DNA of 62,741 nt, filler included, from Rhabdomonas costata (taxonomy: Eukaryota), in assembly GCA_019059605.1 (NCBI GenBank). It is 45 parts of 45 records of this genome, joined end to end, with 100 filler letters (N's around TTAATTAATTAA, not from the genome) between each part and the next. Parts side by side here need not be neighbours in the genome. Positions count along the whole stretch, not along the records: positions 12,565 to 13,861 come from JAHMHO010020237.1; positions 13,962 to 15,258 come from JAHMHO010020238.1; positions 15,359 to 16,655 come from JAHMHO010020239.1; positions 16,756 to 18,052 come from JAHMHO010020240.1; positions 18,153 to 19,449 come from JAHMHO010020241.1; positions 19,550 to 20,846 come from JAHMHO010020242.1; positions 20,947 to 22,244 come from JAHMHO010020243.1; positions 22,345 to 23,641 come from JAHMHO010020244.1; 37 more parts are not named here. One strand, written 5' to 3'. The notes under the pieces were generated by a model. It had not been told where the DNA came from and made no database searches. It was given only the letters and a program-made list of their open reading frames with translations. A program made the position numbers and the translations under genes. Below, in pieces: positions 12,756 through 25,184 of the stretch (position 1 is its first letter; each line of letters starts with the position of its first letter).

Positions 12756-13576
12756 GGATATCAAGCCGGCCAATATCCTGCTCAGTCACCCTGACCCTGC
12801 TGTGGCTCTGCTGAAGCTGACCGACTTTGACTTTGTTCGAACTCTGGAGTGCATGGCACTGGCCCAGACCCAGTGCGGGTGTGGTGTGCGAAGGCAGCTT
12901 CTTTCTCTTCCTCCCAAGCACGATGTCGCAGCGTTCGACCATTTTTGCGATGCCCATGAGGCTCACACAGACATTTGCGCACGGAGAGAGGCTCCTCTCA
13001 GATAGCAGCCCGGAAGAATAGATTCGACATTTCAGTACTTGGGTTCTTATTGCTTTCTGTGGCCTCTTTGTTACGCGGGAGGTTCACGTGGCCGCTCCCG
13101 ACAGTAGTGCCGCATTTGCATCGCAGGCGGGTTTTCTTGACTTTTGCAGTTGCTTTTCAAGTCTTGACCTCTTCTTCTTCTGCAGAACTCCGCTTTACGA
13201 GGCCCCAGAGATCTTAGACCAGCAAGACTACACCTCAAGCGTTGATCTTTGGTCCACAGGTACCTGGTCTTCTTCCCTAGGCATCCACTTGTCCGCGTTG
13301 ATGCTGTTGACCTGTGGTCAAGTGGGGCTTGCATTGTTGTCGTCCTTTTACATCATCATTGCTTTGCTGTGTTGTGTGTGCAGCGGACCCAGAAATGGAC
13401 GCCTTGTCCATATTTGTGAGGTGACTGTTTTGGGTGGCCATCGATGGATCGGTGGAGAGAAAAAAAGAATAGATGGCTGCACTCTCGCACAGGAATAGTG
13501 CTGTACGAGATGGTGTTTGGCAAGCGTCCCTTTACGGGTCGCTCGATTCGTGAACTGCACAAGAACATCAAGAAAG
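12756..13576 (+). CDS. Ser/Thr kinase, ATG1/ULK-like; three exons (12756-12878, 13186-13259, 13493-13576)
   Basis: Spliced product reads DIKPANILL...LKLTDFDF...AQTQCGTPLYEAPEI...DLWSTGIVLYEMVFGKRPFTG; intron phases are compatible. Confidence 0.88.
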
Positions 13577-13961
13577 GTGCTTCCGGGGGCTCCGAGCTGT
13601 GGCTTGGTTTCATGAGGCTCCAAGGATTTTTACAACAGCTCACTGGTTGGCGCTTAAAATGCCGATGTGAGTGAATCACAAATAAGTTGAAGCCGAAGAG
13701 CAGTGGAGCGCAGCTTTGAAGTCGTTACCAGTCTGCACCGCACCCAGCGGCCGCGAACGGACGTTTGGGTGCTCTTGTCCACATGTCCACACCGATGGGA
13801 GGAGGGTTGGACGCATGAGGAACATGTAACCGTTACCACCCCCACCAAACACACCCACCACNNNNNNNNNNNNNNNNNNNNNNNNNNNNNNNNNNNNNNN
13901 NNNNNTTAATTAATTAANNNNNNNNNNNNNNNNNNNNNNNNNNNNNNNNNNNNNNNNNNNN

Positions 13962-14800
13962 GCCGCGAAGATGGCCAAGGCAATCGGCCAACAAAGCAAG
14001 ACAATGTCCTCCGCAGACAACGATGCTGCGGGTACACCGCATTGAAGGATTTGAACGCTGAATTTGCTTCACGGCGGAGGGGGGCTCTCCGCAAGCACCC
14101 GCCCGTGTTCCCAGCAAACTTGTGTCGCTAGGGCACGATGGAAGGATCTCCGCAAGCAACTTCCCGCCGTCCCGACAACTGGGCTCTGGGCGGCCAGGTT
14201 CGCACGCGCAGCTGGGGTCACAGAACTGAAAGTTCCCGTCGGATCACAGAGCACGTGCTCCGGTGAACTGTATTGTCTGATCGACTTTGCTGACATCCGC
14301 AGTCAACATCTGCATTTGGCAACTCCTCAACATTCGGACAACAGTTGAACACTGACCGCTGCAGTCTTCTGCCTAACGACTTTCAACCAGGTAAGTTCAA
14401 CTTCACCCACAAGAACAAACTACTACTCCGTGAGTGTGGCGGTTCACGATGCCAAAAGTTGAAATCAGATCCAAATTTCAAAGCTCCTGGACGAAGCCAT
14501 CGCCACCAACAACAAACAGGTACACGATTCAGAAAAAGTTCACATAGCTCGACGTGCAAAACATCCGACCAGTTGCAAACTGTCCCCTTCAGAGGTAGGA
14601 GTAGGGCTGCAGACAGTGTGAAGAAAGCACAAAGCATGTGCAGGCAGTGGGTTTTGGACAGAGTAGGATGGGGTGCGGAGTCAGAAGAGCTCCCCTTCGA
14701 ACGAAGGGAAGCAAGAGACGCAGGGGTCAGCCCCGTTTCCACACAACTCTGGTTCCATCGCAAATGATGTGTTTGGAACCCCGACGCAGAACGTGCATCC
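13962..14800 (-). mobile_element. Possible highly decayed non-LTR retrotransposon reverse transcriptase
   Basis: Frameshifted remnants in RT order: SKGSSSDSAPHPTLS (cf. KKGD...YRPISL), GSDFNF (cf. DFxKAFD), LSAEDIVLL (cf. FADDIVL). Weak. Confidence 0.35.
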
Positions 14801-16911
14801 AAAAGGACACCGTCGCAGAGATGTCACATCAGCACTCAACAGCAAGAAAGCCCATCGCTGTCCAGATTCAATACGTGCAGTTCGATAACCTTTTGACTGA
14901 AACAAAAAACAAACGAGGCTTCACAAACCTACAAAACGCACGCACGCACGCATGCACACACACACAGTGGTACAGGACACCTCACAAACCATTGACCGCA
15001 TAGCAACCGAGAGAAGAGTAGCTGAAGGAAGGGGTTGAAGGAAGGATAGATTACTTCAGTGCACTGGAACGCATCCTCAAAAAGTAGATAGATGGGATGG
15101 TTACGCAAGAAGCTACGATGTGCTAGAAAAAAGAAAACGAAAAGTGGCCGACGAGGAAAGGGGACGGCCCGCGGCATCAGAGGAAAAGAAGGGAGGAAGA
15201 GGGACCAAAAAGCTGCGGCTTCACCGCAGCACCGCTCTTCCGTGCTTGCCACCACCACNNNNNNNNNNNNNNNNNNNNNNNNNNNNNNNNNNNNNNNNNN
15301 NNTTAATTAATTAANNNNNNNNNNNNNNNNNNNNNNNNNNNNNNNNNNNNNNNNNNNNGTGGTGTGTGTCGCTGCTGGCCGCGACACAGAGCCCCTGACA
15401 CCGACTTGATGAGTCACTTGTTCTTCGCTTCCCAGATCCGCTCGCCATCTGTGGGGCTTTGGTTCGGTTCACACTGAGGCTCAGGTTGAGCAGAGGCATG
15501 GAGGCTGGGTGATGCTGCTGTGGTGGATCTCGAACGCTGGCTGGAATGACGCCTCTGAGAAGCCTCCTATGGAAGGTACTGCCTCCGCCAGCGTCGCTGC
15601 TCGTCCTTGTGCGCCGCGGAGGAAGTACTGTAGATCTTCCTACGCTCCTCCTTGTCACAACTGAGAAAGAGCCTCGATCGGGTCCTGGGAGAAGAGACTT
15701 TGTAGATATCGTACTCGTGTAATAGTTGATTACTCTAGATGCTCCGTGCTGTGATCCCGTTGGGGGAGGCGCTGTATCTCCTGCGCTTGGGCGGCTCAAG
15801 AGTGCTCTATTCGTCACTGCTCTGTCTGGGGGTGCATTGGGTGCCGTACGGAACCAGTGCCATGGATGCACGCTGAAGAGGGCTCTAAAGGGCACTAAAG
15901 CGAGCTTCTGCGCACAGGAAGTACTGCAGGATTGGCTGGAGTACACCGTAACAAGGTTTGGAAGGACGAAGAGCACGTTCACTGCGTGGTTTCCCAGCGG
16001 TACTAGCGCCGTCCCTCCGGTGAGATGCAGTGGAGTGTCACCACCTGTTCAATCACACTCAGGTTCCGCCGCTGACTGGCCATTGCTGCGTGTCTTTTGT
16101 CGTCCCAGAACAGTGCTTCGGCGGGTCCGTGCCGTCGTGTCACACGTGGAGGTGTTGGTCTTTGACGCCTCCGGCTGTCACAGACGTCGCAGTTCCTCTG
16201 CTGTCCACGGCTCAATCAACCGCCTGAATTGCCCTGTGTATACGGAACTGGAGGAGGAAGAGGAGGAGGAGGTGGTGGTGGTGGCCGTTCTTGAAGCTGA
16301 GCTTCGAGTCTGATGCCCGAAGGCAGACAATTCTGTTTGTGCAATTTCTTGTTCGTCGATGTCGGTTGCAGAAACTCTCTTCATGCGTCCCATCTCTCTG
16401 CTCTCCAGAACGTCGCCTGTAGCAAGAGATAGGATTGTGGAAAACCGTCTGACCTGATCATCGACTCCCACAAGGTATTCCGCTTGGGAATCCTCCGAGG
16501 TCAGACCTTCAATGGCCACATGGTCCGCCTGGTACTCAGGGATGGCAGTGGCATGCTGAGGCGCGTGTTCTTGATTGCGCACTGCCTCTCGCTGAGCACA
16601 CAAACGCTCCTCTCCGTCAACACCCGCGGCCTTCGGGCTCAGGAGTCTGCACCAANNNNNNNNNNNNNNNNNNNNNNNNNNNNNNNNNNNNNNNNNNNNT
16701 TAATTAATTAANNNNNNNNNNNNNNNNNNNNNNNNNNNNNNNNNNNNNNNNNNNNTGGTGGTGGAATACTGGCATCCGCAGGAAATCAGACCCTACAAAA
16801 GAGAAAATAACAATTAGAAACTGAGAGGAAAGGTCCTTGTAGGACCTAATCTCGAAAGTCCAGAGAGAGAGAGAGAGGAGATATTAGTTTGATAACTGCG
16901 GTGTGATACAG

Positions 16912-17224
16912 GAGCCCGAGATTGCCGACAACATGCTGGACCGGCTTCGCCGCTATCTCTCCACTTGGCTGGACCATAAGACGAAGAACCTGCTTGTCTA
17001 TGACCAGTCCTGGGGAGTATGTGTTCGCAACGCTCACTTGTTCCTTTTCTCGAGGAGTCTCCGTGTGTCGATTTCAGATGCCTCCTCATCGCTTGTCATT
17101 TTACCGGTTTGCTTCGCTCTCATACTCAATGTGAGTCTCATATTTTGGATTTTGTTTATCCTCCTTCAATGCACTTACTGCTGTTATTTTCTCTTTTGTA
17201 GGGTCTGATTTCCTGCGGATGCCA
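16912..17224 (+). CDS. GH81 endo-beta-1,3-glucanase, two exons (16912-17016, 17202-17224)
   Basis: LRRYLSTWL...NLLVYDQSWG|GLISCGC matches the GH81 motif LVYDxxWGG(I/L)VS. Confidence 0.75.
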
Positions 17225-18476
17225 GTATTCCACCTCCACCCTTCCGCCCCCATCCCAACTCTCATTCTCGTTTACTCCCATCCTCCCCTGATCGATTTCG
17301 TTATCACTGCCAGTCCAATTTCAACTGAATGCATGGCCCATGTGCCCATTACTGTCGCAACAATGTGCAACGAATGGCACATAATCGCGCAAAGTGACAA
17401 CTACCTGGGCATTTCGGTTGCTCCAGATTTCTTGCCCTGGCGCAGTGTGCCAAAAACGCAACAAAAGCTGTTAAAGCGCAACAGAAGCCGTCGTCAGGAA
17501 GAACCACTGCGCGGCACCAAACCAAAATGCGGGCAAACCAAACCAGATGCAAGTGCAGACAGAATATGAATTTTTTTTAGCTTTGTCCACATCCAGGGCG
17601 CAAGCAAACTCACACAACTGCAGCCTTCGCATCCTTCATCTTCAGCACTAACATTATCGATCAATTGACCATTGATGGATGTAGAAAGCCCTCCATTCCT
17701 TACAGATTTCACTCACACATGCCACACCGCCGATTCCTCTCTTGGAACTATGTGCGGACACTACAGTGCGCTGAGCACCCAACATTTATACCAAAGCGCT
17801 GTTCACCCTTAGTACACCATCCTTGGACGGGAGATCAAAAAGCTTTAGAAGAAAGAAATAAGAAAACTTCGCGATCATTGAGCAAAAAAGGAAACATGAA
17901 AAAGCCGTCTTATTAAAATAATATTCCAGAGTGTGCTCAACGCCAAAAGCCTGCTGAATCGTCAAGGGTCAAGGGTCTCCCACTAAGAAAACACCCTCCC
18001 GAAATTCATACACAAGCTGTGCAGCCCCCCAACCCCAAACACACCCCAACAANNNNNNNNNNNNNNNNNNNNNNNNNNNNNNNNNNNNNNNNNNNNTTAA
18101 TTAATTAANNNNNNNNNNNNNNNNNNNNNNNNNNNNNNNNNNNNNNNNNNNNGGTGGTGTGTCCTCCGGGTCGCTCTTTTTTCATCTTTTGCTGTCGCCA
18201 GTGCTGAGCTAAAGGTCGAGATTACTGTTGCAGCATCAAATCACAGCAAGAAGAAGAAGCATGAAGCAAGACGTTTTCTGATAATTGGTATTGCACCTTT
18301 AGGTGCTTTTTCTTTGGTGCTGTGTGCGCGTGCACCCTGACTCATGGACGCACCAAATTCTCGGATAAGCTGGTGGCTTAAAAATGTGTCGAATAATCGC
18401 AGCGAGGTGCAGGAGGAACTCAAAAGCAGGACAGGGTTCATCACAAAACCCACAACCCGAAATAAAGAGCCCACAC

Positions 18477-18923
18477 CTGGCAGTCGCCGCTCCAAGCTGC
18501 TCTTCCTTCTCCTTCAAGGAAGACTGAGCCTGTGCCAGGCTCTCTCGCAGCTGCGCTCGAAGCTTCCTTGTTGGTGGTAGTGGTGTAGTGGTGTGTGCGC
18601 GCGTGCCTGCGTGTGTGCGTGTTTGCAGGTCTGAGAAACACATCAAGGATAGCTACAACGGCTATGCCGACACTGGGGCACAGCGGCAGCCATGTTCCGA
18701 GCCATTTGCCAGCATGCACCTGAGATTGGTTGCTTGTAAATCTTGCTAAGTGCAAGGTGTGGACCTCACGCTCCGGCTCCTCCTCCTTCCCCCCCTCATC
18801 AGTACTGCACCTCTCCTCTGCGGTGCAGGACAGGTACTCCTCAGCGCTCTTCTGCGTCGCAAGGAGGCAGTCCTGCTCCAGCTGGCCCCTCCGCCACAGC
18901 AGTTCCTCCATAAAGGTGTGCAC
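18477..18923 (-). CDS. Coiled-coil hypothetical protein, two exons
   Basis: VHTFMEELLWRRGQLEQDC...EPERE|gt and LRAQLRESLAQAQSSLKEKEEQL; splice sites plausible. Confidence 0.5.
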
Positions 18924-19613
18924 CTGAGGCCGTTGACATGCCAGAAAAACCCATACATTCAGTCACATTGGCAGCAAGATTAGGACAGCCGTTATCAATC
19001 CAACTTTAAAATGAAGAGGGAGAGCAAGGCGCTTTGTACTTCATCATGAACCGTTACAAACGCGAAAATAAAAAAAGGGGGAAATCTTTGGACCCAAAGG
19101 GCCGGCGAAAGAGCAAGAAGGACCCCTCTATAATCCGTTTCCTGAACTCTCTGCGACCCTTCCCCCCTTCCCTCTGAGAACTCATTTGCTCTTTTGTTTT
19201 GTTCTCTCCCGCTCCAAATCTTGTGCTGCACTTCATTTATGGAAACAGTGCAGCTGAACGCCCCACGGAGAGCAAACTCCAACACAAGCGTCTCAACAAC
19301 CACGCTTGATAAAATCCAACACAGCGACAACGGACTCGATGCAAGAGAGTAAGAGAGAGAATGCACTTGTTTAGTTTGGTTCGGGCATGGACCTTGGTCT
19401 TTCATTTATTGGCGGATGACCTCATCACAACGCTGTTTAAAACACACTANNNNNNNNNNNNNNNNNNNNNNNNNNNNNNNNNNNNNNNNNNNNTTAATTA
19501 ATTAANNNNNNNNNNNNNNNNNNNNNNNNNNNNNNNNNNNNNNNNNNNNGGGGTTGTGGCTGCTGCTATAGCAATCGCTTGGTTCTCCGTTGCTTGTGCG
19601 AGAAGTGCACTCC

Positions 19614-20405
19614 ATGGCTTCTACTCAATCATCTCCTCCCTTCCAAATGAACTCGCTCCAGGGCAAAGCCATCCTGGCCCGAGTGCGGGGGGCTGCCTAC
19701 GCTCATGCGGGGGAGGAAGAGGCGATTGAGGTGGCTCTCATGGAAATTCCGAAAAACCCAGAGCGCAGGGTTCTGGATGCAGGGTGTGGTCTGGGGGGTA
19801 CAGCCCACTACCTGACTCAAAAAGGCTGGGGTCATGTCACTGCCTTTGATATCGATGCAGACAGTGTGGCCCGTGCTCGGGAGCTCTTCCCAGAGGTGGA
19901 GTTTGTGCAAGCCGACGTCACGCAGGTCTCCCGCACTGCGGGGATTACGGCGCAGCGTTTTGACCTCATCGTGTGTTTCAACACGTTCTACTGCTTTCCA
20001 GACCAGCCCGAGGCTCTGCGGCAGCTGCGAAGCCTGGCTGAACCCGAGACAGGCCAGCTGCTTATTTTCGATTACACGGACCCCAACAAAAGGTTCACGG
20101 GCTCCATGTTTTCCACGCTTCCTGACACAACTCACTGGAAGCCGATCCATGCGGAATCCTTTCGAGCGCAGGCCGGTGAGGCAGGGTGGGAGGTGAGTTC
20201 TATTCAAGATCTCACGGGGCGCTACTTGCAATGGTACAACGGGCTGCTGGAGAAGATCGAGGCGGTCCGAGAAGAGGTCACTCGAGATCATGGCCCGGAG
20301 CGGTTTTCCTTTGTACTTGGCAACTACACTTCCATTCGTGACGCCGTGCGAGATGGGGTGATTGGGGGCGGGCTTTTCCTGCTGCGCGCCGCCAGCTCTT
20401 CATAA
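19614..20405 (+). CDS. Class I SAM-dependent methyltransferase, complete and intronless
   Basis: VLDAGCGLGG (motif I), VTAFDID, FVQADV, FDLIVCFNTF, GQLLIFDY; ATG-to-TAA ORF of 263 aa. Confidence 0.92.
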   Translation: MASTQSSPPFQMNSLQGKAILARVRGAAYAHAGEEEAIEVALMEIPKNPERRVLDAGCGLGGTAHYLTQKGWGHVTAFDIDADSVARARELFPEVEFVQADVTQVSRTAGITAQRFDLIVCFNTFYCFPDQPEALRQLRSLAEPETGQLLIFDYTDPNKRFTGSMFSTLPDTTHWKPIHAESFRAQAGEAGWEVSSIQDLTGRYLQWYNGLLEKIEAVREEVTRDHGPERFSFVLGNYTSIRDAVRDGVIGGGLFLLRAASSS

Positions 20406-21619
20406 TTTCTTTCTGAGGCGTCGTGTTTTGATTACTGAATATTTTTGTTGCCCTTGTTTGGAGCGATGTCGTTCTATTTCCTTTGCTTTTCTGCTGCAGT
20501 TGCTGCTGTCACTCCAACAAGCATCTGACATTGTGGTGATTCGTGTTTTGGATGAGTTTTGATTTTTCACGACGTACCAGCATACTTGAAGTGTGCCACT
20601 TTCTTTTTCTTTTTGTTGCTTTGCTTGTATTGGACTTTTGCACGACGTTTTTCAGGTGAAAACAAAATTTTGTGAACTTCACTTGCCAATGCCATGTTTT
20701 TGATCGCATGACGGTGTTACAGTAATCCAGCATGGAGCACCTGTCGTTTCTTTTTCTTCCGTGAGCTGTTTTGCTCATCAACACGACCTCAGAATCCAAC
20801 TGCGACCTGACTCTTTTATCGTACCATTTCTGTAAACACACCAACCNNNNNNNNNNNNNNNNNNNNNNNNNNNNNNNNNNNNNNNNNNNNTTAATTAATT
20901 AANNNNNNNNNNNNNNNNNNNNNNNNNNNNNNNNNNNNNNNNNNNNAAACCGGGGAGGGGTTTCGGGAGGTGACTGAGGAGGCATGGGTGGCTGTGGCCC
21001 ATGCGCTGGCGCGTGCTGTGGCGCGGCAGCTGGCGCGGGCCAGGCAGGTAGCCTGACCTTGCACGGCTTCATCGTGTTGAGTGGGCTCGCCCGTGAGCAT
21101 GGGGTGCCAGTGATGCAGCGACGCGGTGATTTTTGTGGGCTGCAGGCGGCCACGTGCCAGTTGCCGAGCCCCTTTCGGCGTGGGTGGTTCGTTGTAAAGT
21201 ACGTTGTGGGTGCTGTCGTAAACCCTCCGCTGCGTGGGGCAAGAAGCGGCGCAAAAGGGTTACGAAAGAGCCGCCAAGGGGCACCGTCACCGGCCGAGGG
21301 TGAAAGGTCGGGACTCTCCTGACCCCAAGGACCGGCCACGCAGCGTTTCGGGAGGCCTGCTGTATATACAAAAGACCCCAGGCCTGCTTCGGCTTAGCCC
21401 TCGTGCAGAATAGCGTGATTATAGGCATTATACACATTATACATTCGGATTTAAGAGGCGATGCACGTGCCCCCGGGATTCTAATAGAAGCTTTTGCAGG
21501 GGGGTAGGAGGCGTTGCACATGTTCCCTGCCGCTTTTCCAGGATGTCTTGGGCCGCAGAGCGGCCCTAGGTATTGACGGGAGAAAAGATTAACGTACATT
21601 CTTTGTTCTCCGTGTAGAA

Positions 21620-21780
21620 TGCCTATAATGGGGTATTATAGCCAATATACTATGATATCAGTGTACTATAATATCATCACACTACAATGTCATTGTACTC
21701 TAATGATATTATAGCGTATAATACCATTATACGGCCCGTATATTACCATTATAGGGTAATGAAATTATAGTATAATGGCT
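21620..21780. repeat. AT-rich degenerate tandem repeat, about 16-nt unit
   Basis: tactatgatatcagtg / tactataatatcatca / cactacaatgtcattg / tactctaatgatatta. Confidence 0.6.
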
Positions 21781-22344
21781 CCGTTTTGTTCCTGAAGGTG
21801 GTCTCTCGAAGCCACAGAATGAACGGTTTGCTAGTGCAAGAAGAGTTGAGGAGAACGCTGCTCGAAATCAAAGTGACCGAGATGCATTCTTCTTTTTAGT
21901 CACCGGATCCCGATACCAAAGGTTTCCCAGACCCGTGGAAAGAAGTCTCGCGCTTTTGTCCAGGCGTCATTGGTGTTGGGATTGAATCTCATCCGTAGGG
22001 GCGATTCGGATGCATCGGCTCCGGGTTCCCTTCGCAAAGTCCAGGCTGACGGGTTTGCTGAAGTCGGCCTACCACCCCGGGGGAGGGAACACGGTCCCTC
22101 CGACAAAGTCACTCATGCTGGCCACCGTGTTCGCCGATGCCTCCCACGCGGAGGAGAGCTACCATACCCTAATTGCTGGTTTGTGATGAGCGTAGGATCC
22201 GCCTTTTGTTGCTACTTTCAGGTTTTCTTCGTTTCAAACCCACCNNNNNNNNNNNNNNNNNNNNNNNNNNNNNNNNNNNNNNNNNNNNTTAATTAATTAA
22301 NNNNNNNNNNNNNNNNNNNNNNNNNNNNNNNNNNNNNNNNNNNN

Positions 22345-22709
22345 AGACACGGTTGCACTGGTGGTGGGTGTGGGGCTGTGTGTGGGAGTCGAGCTCGGTG
22401 TCCGCGAGGGAGTCCTCGTGAGGCTGGGCGTGGGACTGGATGTCGTAGAGGTGGCCATGCTTAGAGTTGCGGTTGGGGTGGGCGATGCCGTCCGTTGCAG
22501 CGTCGTGGTTGGGGTAGGGGTGGGTGTGCAAGTGGAAGTGGAGCTGCGTGTGCAGCTGGCCGAGGGAGTGGGGCTGAGAGTAGTTGTCCGAGAGGCTGTC
22601 GGGGAAGAGGTGGGTGTCGAAGTTGGAGACACGGTTGCACTGGTGGTGGGCGTGGGGCTGTGTGTGGGAGTCAAGCTTGGGGTCAAGGTCGGAGTGAGAG
22701 TGACTGGCC
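22345..22709 (-). CDS. Mucin-like Thr/Ser/Pro-rich exon
   Basis: After ctccag| the frame reads TPTHSPTPTTSATVSPTSTP...; the block TPTHSPTPTTSATVS recurs 282 nt apart (22345-22390 and 22627-22672). Confidence 0.7.
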
Positions 22710-24623
22710 CTGGAGGATGTGTGCGGGTGTTTATGTTTCGCGAGATGCGGCTTTGTCCGACGCAACTGAATGGTGAATTGATTATCTTGGAAAAGGTTGC
22801 ATTTGCCTGAAATCGATTAACGCGAGCCTGTGATAGTGCCACGCAGAAAGGATTCACGTATGACAATTGGAGCTGGTGGAAATGTCGGAGTCCCCAATTT
22901 AGCTATCGGTTGGACAATTTAGCAATGCAAAGAGACATTGCCCGAAATTCGACGCCAGTAGCGGAAGGAAACGCGCTCAAGCCCATCCCTTCCCTGCCAA
23001 CTCATGTTGCCCACAAAGAACCTGTGCAGCTGCCGGTCTGGGTCTGTCGATTGAGTGCGTTGATTAGCTGCGGCACGTAAATGCACCGTTCCTTTCCCAA
23101 ACCAAATTCCACGTTCACCTCCCCCCCAATGTCTAAAATCCAAAAACTTCATGCGGCTTCCCCAGCACCGCCAGCTCTACTCTCAAGCATTGCATCCAAG
23201 GCACCAGCAGCACACGTCTCCGATGTACCCTTTGCTTAATCGGTTTTCAAGCGGCTGGTGCATTAGCTCCGGCATCCCAGTGCAACCGCCTTGCCTTGCA
23301 TCCGAAAAACTTTTCCACGGAAAGATTCTCATGGGTGGACCCATGAAGTCCTCAGCCTGGATATCCCTCCTCTCATGAAAGTGACCCTCCCTTCGCCCAC
23401 CCGCACTCCCTGTCTCATTTCCCTCTCCCAAAAATCCAAACGCTGCCTTTCTCCCACGAAATTTCAACATCCCTGGCTCCGTTGGAAAACTTCCGGAGAG
23501 GAATGCACGCGCTCTGCCCTCCAACTGGAAAAATAGAAAGACACACGCTGCAGTGCGCCGTTGTCGGTGCGCAGTGCGCGCGCGATACCTGTGCATCCCG
23601 ACAGCGCGAACGTCCCCTCGGAAGTCGTGCAGCTCACATTGNNNNNNNNNNNNNNNNNNNNNNNNNNNNNNNNNNNNNNNNNNNNTTAATTAATTAANNN
23701 NNNNNNNNNNNNNNNNNNNNNNNNNNNNNNNNNNNNNNNNNTTTTGGGCTATTTTCGACCTATTTTTGGCTTATTTTGAGCATTGCATGATTTTATGGTC
23801 GTTTTGGGAAATATTTGACTCTTTTTGGGGGCCTCCTGGGGATTTCACAAGCGAGCAAGAGAAGGTCACGGTGGAAGAGGGAATTTCCGGGGAAGGACTA
23901 TGCCTTAGGATCAAAAGGAGCCCTCGGGCAAGGAGCGCCCCAGGGAGTTTCCGTTTTGCTATGGAGGGGGATCCTTTGAAACTGAGTTTTGTTAATGGAG
24001 AAGAGCAGCAGCATGAGCCCGAGTTGTTGGGTCTATAAAGGAGCCAAAACAAAAGCGAGCGCATATGGGAAACTGGCTTCTTCAGTTCCAACAGCCACAC
24101 CAGCATCCACCCAAACAGAGTAACGAGCCTGGATGCCGCAAGGCCTTCGCGGGGACAGGCCTCCGCCGCGGGAGGAGGACCGCACAGCTTTCCTGTGGAG
24201 TCCGCCCCATCGCCCTCCAGCAAGAGTCTCTGCAGAGCCTGTCGCCAAAAAAAAAAAGGGTCAAAACGACGAGCGTTATCTCACAGCCAGCAACTCACCC
24301 ATCACAACCAGACGTGAGGGGAACCCCCAACGCCTAAGTCGCATGCCCCAAATAAGCAATGTCATTGCAGCGGCAGCGCAGAGGCAGATTACACAGCTGG
24401 TCAATTGTTTACGCATGATCCAAGAAAGACAAAACTGAACAGTAGAGGTCGTTGAGGAAGGTTGAGAATAATACATGAACGTGGAAGCAGATATGGAAAA
24501 CAACGAGAGAGCTTAAAACAGATCATCGAACATCGCTGCTGTTGCAAAATGCTCCAGTGAAAACAAAGAACATATGCATGGAAAAAAGGCAACTCCGGAA
24601 AAACGTGAAACCCGTGAAACCAC

Positions 24624-24734
24624 CTGGTCGCGCTCCCGGCGAAGCACCGCTTGCCGCTTTTTAGCGGCGTCGGCCTGCTTCAGGGATAGCTTGGTCTGCT
24701 TCCGCGCGTCCTTCTCCAGCCGATCAAACGTATC
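24624..24734 (-). CDS. Coiled-coil exon, unknown protein
   Basis: ttttccgcag|DTFDRLEKDARKQ...LRRERDQ|gtggtt; 111 nt. Confidence 0.5.
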
Positions 24735-25184
24735 CTGCGGAAAAAGGAGGGAAAAAAGCTTCTTCATTTCACCCTCCTTGCAACGCAGTTAGTGTGTTAC
24801 AAGGGTACATCACCATTGATTTTGAACAAAAAAAATTACAGGCAGCCCCAAGCAAACCAGACACAGAGGAAGAGAACAAGCACTCTCGCGGGACACATCG
24901 AGCATTTGAGTCGCTCTTTTTCAACCAATACGACCGGGGCCGCAACCGCCCAAACACCAAAAACCGCATCCCAACTCCGAACCACGAAGCATGAAAACGT
25001 ACCCCAGTCGACTTGTCGTGAGGAATCCAACCAACAAANNNNNNNNNNNNNNNNNNNNNNNNNNNNNNNNNNNNNNNNNNNNTTAATTAATTAANNNNNN
25101 NNNNNNNNNNNNNNNNNNNNNNNNNNNNNNNNNNNNNNTGCAAAATCTTTCCCAATTCCAGAACTTTGCCCGTGGATGCCCTAG

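Noticed and set aside
19629-20291. 220-aa antisense ORF, and similar shadow ORFs over GC-rich exons (e.g. 58606-59226, 22361-22810)
   Set aside because: Antisense by-products of real coding sequence.
20409-20430. ctttctgaggcgtcgtgttttg as a second SL relict
   Set aside because: It lies just after a stop codon, lacks the TTTTCG end and has no convincing downstream ORF; likely chance.
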